This document shows, piece by piece, positions 61,074-64,000 of a DNA stretch of 64,000 nt. Under the pieces are notes generated by a model. The model was given only the letters and a program-made list of their open reading frames with translations, had not been told where the DNA came from and searched no databases. Position 1 is the first letter of the stretch. Each line of letters begins with the position of its first letter. The stretch lies in NCBI GenBank assembly GCA_050179755.1, contig JBFXEV010000001.1:745994-809993 (forward strand), read 5' to 3'. Origin of the DNA: Candidatus Babeliales bacterium (GTDB lineage Bacteria; Babelota; Babeliae; Babelales; JBFXEV01). A program made the translations under genes and the position numbers.

Positions 61074-62996
61074 TTAATCCTTGGAATTAATGGCTGCTTT
61101 ATAAGAAGATTCTTTTACTAACATTAGTTCGCGTGGAAACAATCGATTGAAAGCACGATTATTTTGAACATGACGCTCCAAGCGTCTTTCATATTCCTCA
61201 AGAACTTCATGATATTCTTCATGATTACGATGCAAAGCTTGTATATTTGTTTCAGCTTGTTCGTATTCTTTTTCTAAAAATGTGGCAAGTTTTTCTTCGC
61301 TTCTTAGATATTCTTGCAATTCAGCATATTGATCTCTTTGTTCTTTAGTTAATTTATTAAAATCAGGTTCTAGTAGTTGTTGTAATTTGTCATAAGCTTC
61401 ATTTATTTTTCTTTGTTGTTCTTTAGCATTAAGATCAGTGTTTTTGTCTGGGTGATATTTTAGACTAAGTTTGCGATATTCTTTAGTTAACCGTGATTTA
61501 TGAATTGCTGAAAAGTCGCTTGGATCAATATCAGTAATTTCAAGAGTAGCAAGAGCTTCTTTAATGTCAGTGGGCATGTTAAGAAGATCGGCCTTTTTCT
61601 TCTCTAATTCTTTTCTTATATCATTAGTTGTTTTATTAAGCCGAGCATATTCAGATTTTAAATACGCTTCATGAGCTATATTATTTCTAGTATTTAGTTC
61701 TCGATAGTAGCCATAAGCTTCAAGATCTTCATGTCCCCGAATTACTGCATGCCAATCTGCAAGTTGAGTTCTCATTTCATGTTCTTGTGCTAATATATGA
61801 TCTTCCGGTTGTGCGTTAGTTTCCAGTGCATTAATGCATGCATCAATCCATGCAACTAATTGTTTGCACCAAATTGTAGTGTTGTACTTATCTGCAGCTT
61901 GTTGCACCGCGTTGCCCACATTTTGCATCTGAGCAACAGCGTTAGTATAACCATTGACTGCTCGCTCATCATCTTGCAATAACTGCATATAGAGCATGAT
62001 TTCCGGGTGTTCTTGCGTTATTTGTTGGATGCGCGCTTGCATTTCTTCTGTAAGCGTAATCAGTTGCGCTGCAAGTTCAACATATTCTTTTGAAGCAGGA
62101 TACCCACTTATAAATTGCCTATATTCTGCCAAAATATTCTCTGCAAGGGCCTCTTTTTGGGTTTTGGTTAAATTTGGGTTTTTTGCCATAACCAGAAGTT
62201 TTTTTTGGACCTCTTTTTCTTTAGCTTTGATTAAAGGTAGTACCTTATGCAGTTCGGCATCTTGAGTTTTTTTCTCAAGAAGTACTTGTAGTTCTTGTAT
62301 TTTTTCTTGGTGTGTAGCGATAATGGTGTCATTCTCAAGAGCTTGAAGCGCAGCTACCATTTTGGGATTTTTTTCCTGCTCGTTAAATTTCTTTCGCGTA
62401 GCAATTAAAAAACGTTCCCATTGTTTTAATTTAGGAAAAATCTTGCGAGCCATATTTTCTTCATGATTTACGCGTTGAGCGTGAGAAACTAGCTGCTGTG
62501 GAGGTGGCGCATGCATAAGCACTGCGCATAGCGATTGTTTGCCTTGAGCGCTTTCTAAAAAGGGTTTGTCTACTTCTTGAGCAAATTGTGCAGTATAGAG
62601 TGTTACACCTTGATATTGTTTTTGCAACTTGCCGGGTTGCTCAGGCATAACAATTGTTTTTACTATTTTTATATCTTCAGGATGAATTTGGGTATTTTCA
62701 ACTAATGCTTTAAAAGATTGAAGATTTTTAATGAGCATCGCACGTTCATCACGTGTTAATGTTGCCCCAATTGCACCGTTTACTTGCGCAGCTTTATATA
62801 CCAAACGTTGCTTGGGGATTTCGGTGCGTAGCTTAGTGCGTGTAGTTTTAAATTGATCAAGTAATTGGCTGCCCCATGCAAGAGAACGAGCGAGAAACCC
62901 TTCAGTTTCTCGCCCATAAAGATCATTAGTAAGTATAAAGAGCGATAAGCTCAGAACAATAATTGCGTGTAAGTGCTTTGTAATCGTGTTATTCAT
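61074..62996 (-). CDS. Exported coiled-coil protein with internal DnaJ (J) domain
   Basis: Signal peptide; KEYRKLSLKYHPDKN..INEAYDKL. Confidence 0.82.
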   Translation of the reverse strand: MNNTITKHLHAIIVLSLSLFILTNDLYGRETEGFLARSLAWGSQLLDQFKTTRTKLRTEIPKQRLVYKAAQVNGAIGATLTRDERAMLIKNLQSFKALVENTQIHPEDIKIVKTIVMPEQPGKLQKQYQGVTLYTAQFAQEVDKPFLESAQGKQSLCAVLMHAPPPQQLVSHAQRVNHEENMARKIFPKLKQWERFLIATRKKFNEQEKNPKMVAALQALENDTIIATHQEKIQELQVLLEKKTQDAELHKVLPLIKAKEKEVQKKLLVMAKNPNLTKTQKEALAENILAEYRQFISGYPASKEYVELAAQLITLTEEMQARIQQITQEHPEIMLYMQLLQDDERAVNGYTNAVAQMQNVGNAVQQAADKYNTTIWCKQLVAWIDACINALETNAQPEDHILAQEHEMRTQLADWHAVIRGHEDLEAYGYYRELNTRNNIAHEAYLKSEYARLNKTTNDIRKELEKKKADLLNMPTDIKEALATLEITDIDPSDFSAIHKSRLTKEYRKLSLKYHPDKNTDLNAKEQQRKINEAYDKLQQLLEPDFNKLTKEQRDQYAELQEYLRSEEKLATFLEKEYEQAETNIQALHRNHEEYHEVLEEYERRLERHVQNNRAFNRLFPRELMLVKESSYKAAINSKD

Positions 62997-63074
62997 ACTT
63001 TTACTTTAGCCCCTTTGCATAAAAAAGTCTAGAATAATGCGCTCTGTTAACGTTAATAATTTACTTGTGCACTC

Positions 63075-64000
63075 TTAATTTCTAAGAAATTCAGCTTCTG
63101 CATCATTGTTATTGTTAGCATTATTATTATTGGCTGTCGCTTGCGCTTGTTCACCTTGAGCTTGTGTTGCTTGTTCAGCTGGCGCAGCAGATTGTGCAGC
63201 AGGATTTTCATCTGCCACAAAATCAGGAGCTTCAGTTGTGACGCCTTGCGTGTACTGTTCTTGCAACGCTTGTTCCACTTGTGCAGCATCTGGTTGCGCG
63301 GCTGGCGTAGCAGCTTGTCGTTCAACATTTTTTGCAGGTTCGGTAGGAACTTCTGGGTGCGCCGCTTGTTGCTCAACTTGAGCAGAAGCTACTTGTTCTG
63401 GAGCTGCTGCATCAGCAGGAGCTGCGTCATGTGCTGCTGGGAACAATTGGTCAAGCAGTTCATGCGTTAATAATGCGCCGCCTGATGTTGCTTGAGCTTG
63501 GGCAGTTGGTGTTTGATCAGCTTCTGTTAATGCTGCTTGCAATTCTTCACTTGGCGTTACACCTTGTGCAGCAGCATCTATTGCTGCATCTAAAGCCTGC
63601 GTTGCGGCTTCAATTGTTGGTGCGGCAATGAGTGATTTTTGAGGAGCTCTAGTTGTACCATCTTCTTCTATGAATTCCATTTCAAGATCGTCAGTAGTAA
63701 CTTGTGAACGAGTTATTGGCGCACCATCGGCAGTGTCATTACCAACATTATTGTTATTGTCAGCGCTCATAGGAACTGTACGTGTTGGAGCTGCTGTAGC
63801 GTCTGTTGAATGTGCTGGTGTCGTTGTATCATCAGCAGCAACAGTTGCTTGAGCTTCTTCTAAAGTAAGAACAGCAATCAGTTGTTTTTGTTTGTTAATT
63901 AATTCAAGATATTCTGGCTTTATGCTACCATCAGCATTAATACCATTTTGTTGTAATATGCTTAATACAAGTTTGGCATCGTGTAATTTTTCAACTGCTT
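63075..64000 (-). CDS. Low-complexity Ala/Gln/Glu-rich protein, 5' end outside window
   Basis: Frame open from 63998 through ATG 63770 to the stop at 63075. Confidence 0.75.
   Translation of the reverse strand, partial: AVEKLHDAKLVLSILQQNGINADGSIKPEYLELINKQKQLIAVLTLEEAQATVAADDTTTPAHSTDATAAPTRTVPMSADNNNNVGNDTADGAPITRSQVTTDDLEMEFIEEDGTTRAPQKSLIAAPTIEAATQALDAAIDAAAQGVTPSEELQAALTEADQTPTAQAQATSGGALLTHELLDQLFPAAHDAAPADAAAPEQVASAQVEQQAAHPEVPTEPAKNVERQAATPAAQPDAAQVEQALQEQYTQGVTTEAPDFVADENPAAQSAAPAEQATQAQGEQAQATANNNNANNNNDAEAEFLRN

Overview
AT-rich bacterial chromosomal window (about 37% GC by eye). The gene content suggests an intracellular parasite of protists, probably Candidatus Dependentiae/Babelota (TM6); this is an inference from many signal-peptide-bearing orphan, ankyrin, WD40 and J-domain proteins and from fragmented housekeeping operons. 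Housekeeping genes include an M3 oligopeptidase, recO-like, an MscK-like channel, recD2, a deoxynucleoside kinase, a partial atp operon (atpE-b'-atpF-atpH-atpA) whose c subunit has a Na+-binding signature, tRNA-Arg(UCU), rpe, groES-groEL, a class I aldolase and ftsL-ftsI. Five observations stand out. (1) Three 0.6-0.9 kb non-coding elements (29.4-30.2, 35.2-35.8, 38.1-39.0 kb) are built from three structured arms paired in all three combinations, with TGTAGAA ends and covarying hairpins. (2) Two families of small REP-like palindromes nest in each other and insert in frame into proteins, including FtsI. (3) A riboflavin biosynthesis island (ribE-ribD fusion, HAD phosphatase, NadD-like nucleotidyltransferase, ribH, ribBA) sits between two duplicated exported GMC flavoproteins that share a conserved leader. 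(4) Two tandem exported proteins carry caspase/legumain-like (clan CD) His-Gly/Cys motifs. (5) Four exported thioredoxins form a tandem array. All calls were made by eye without database searches.
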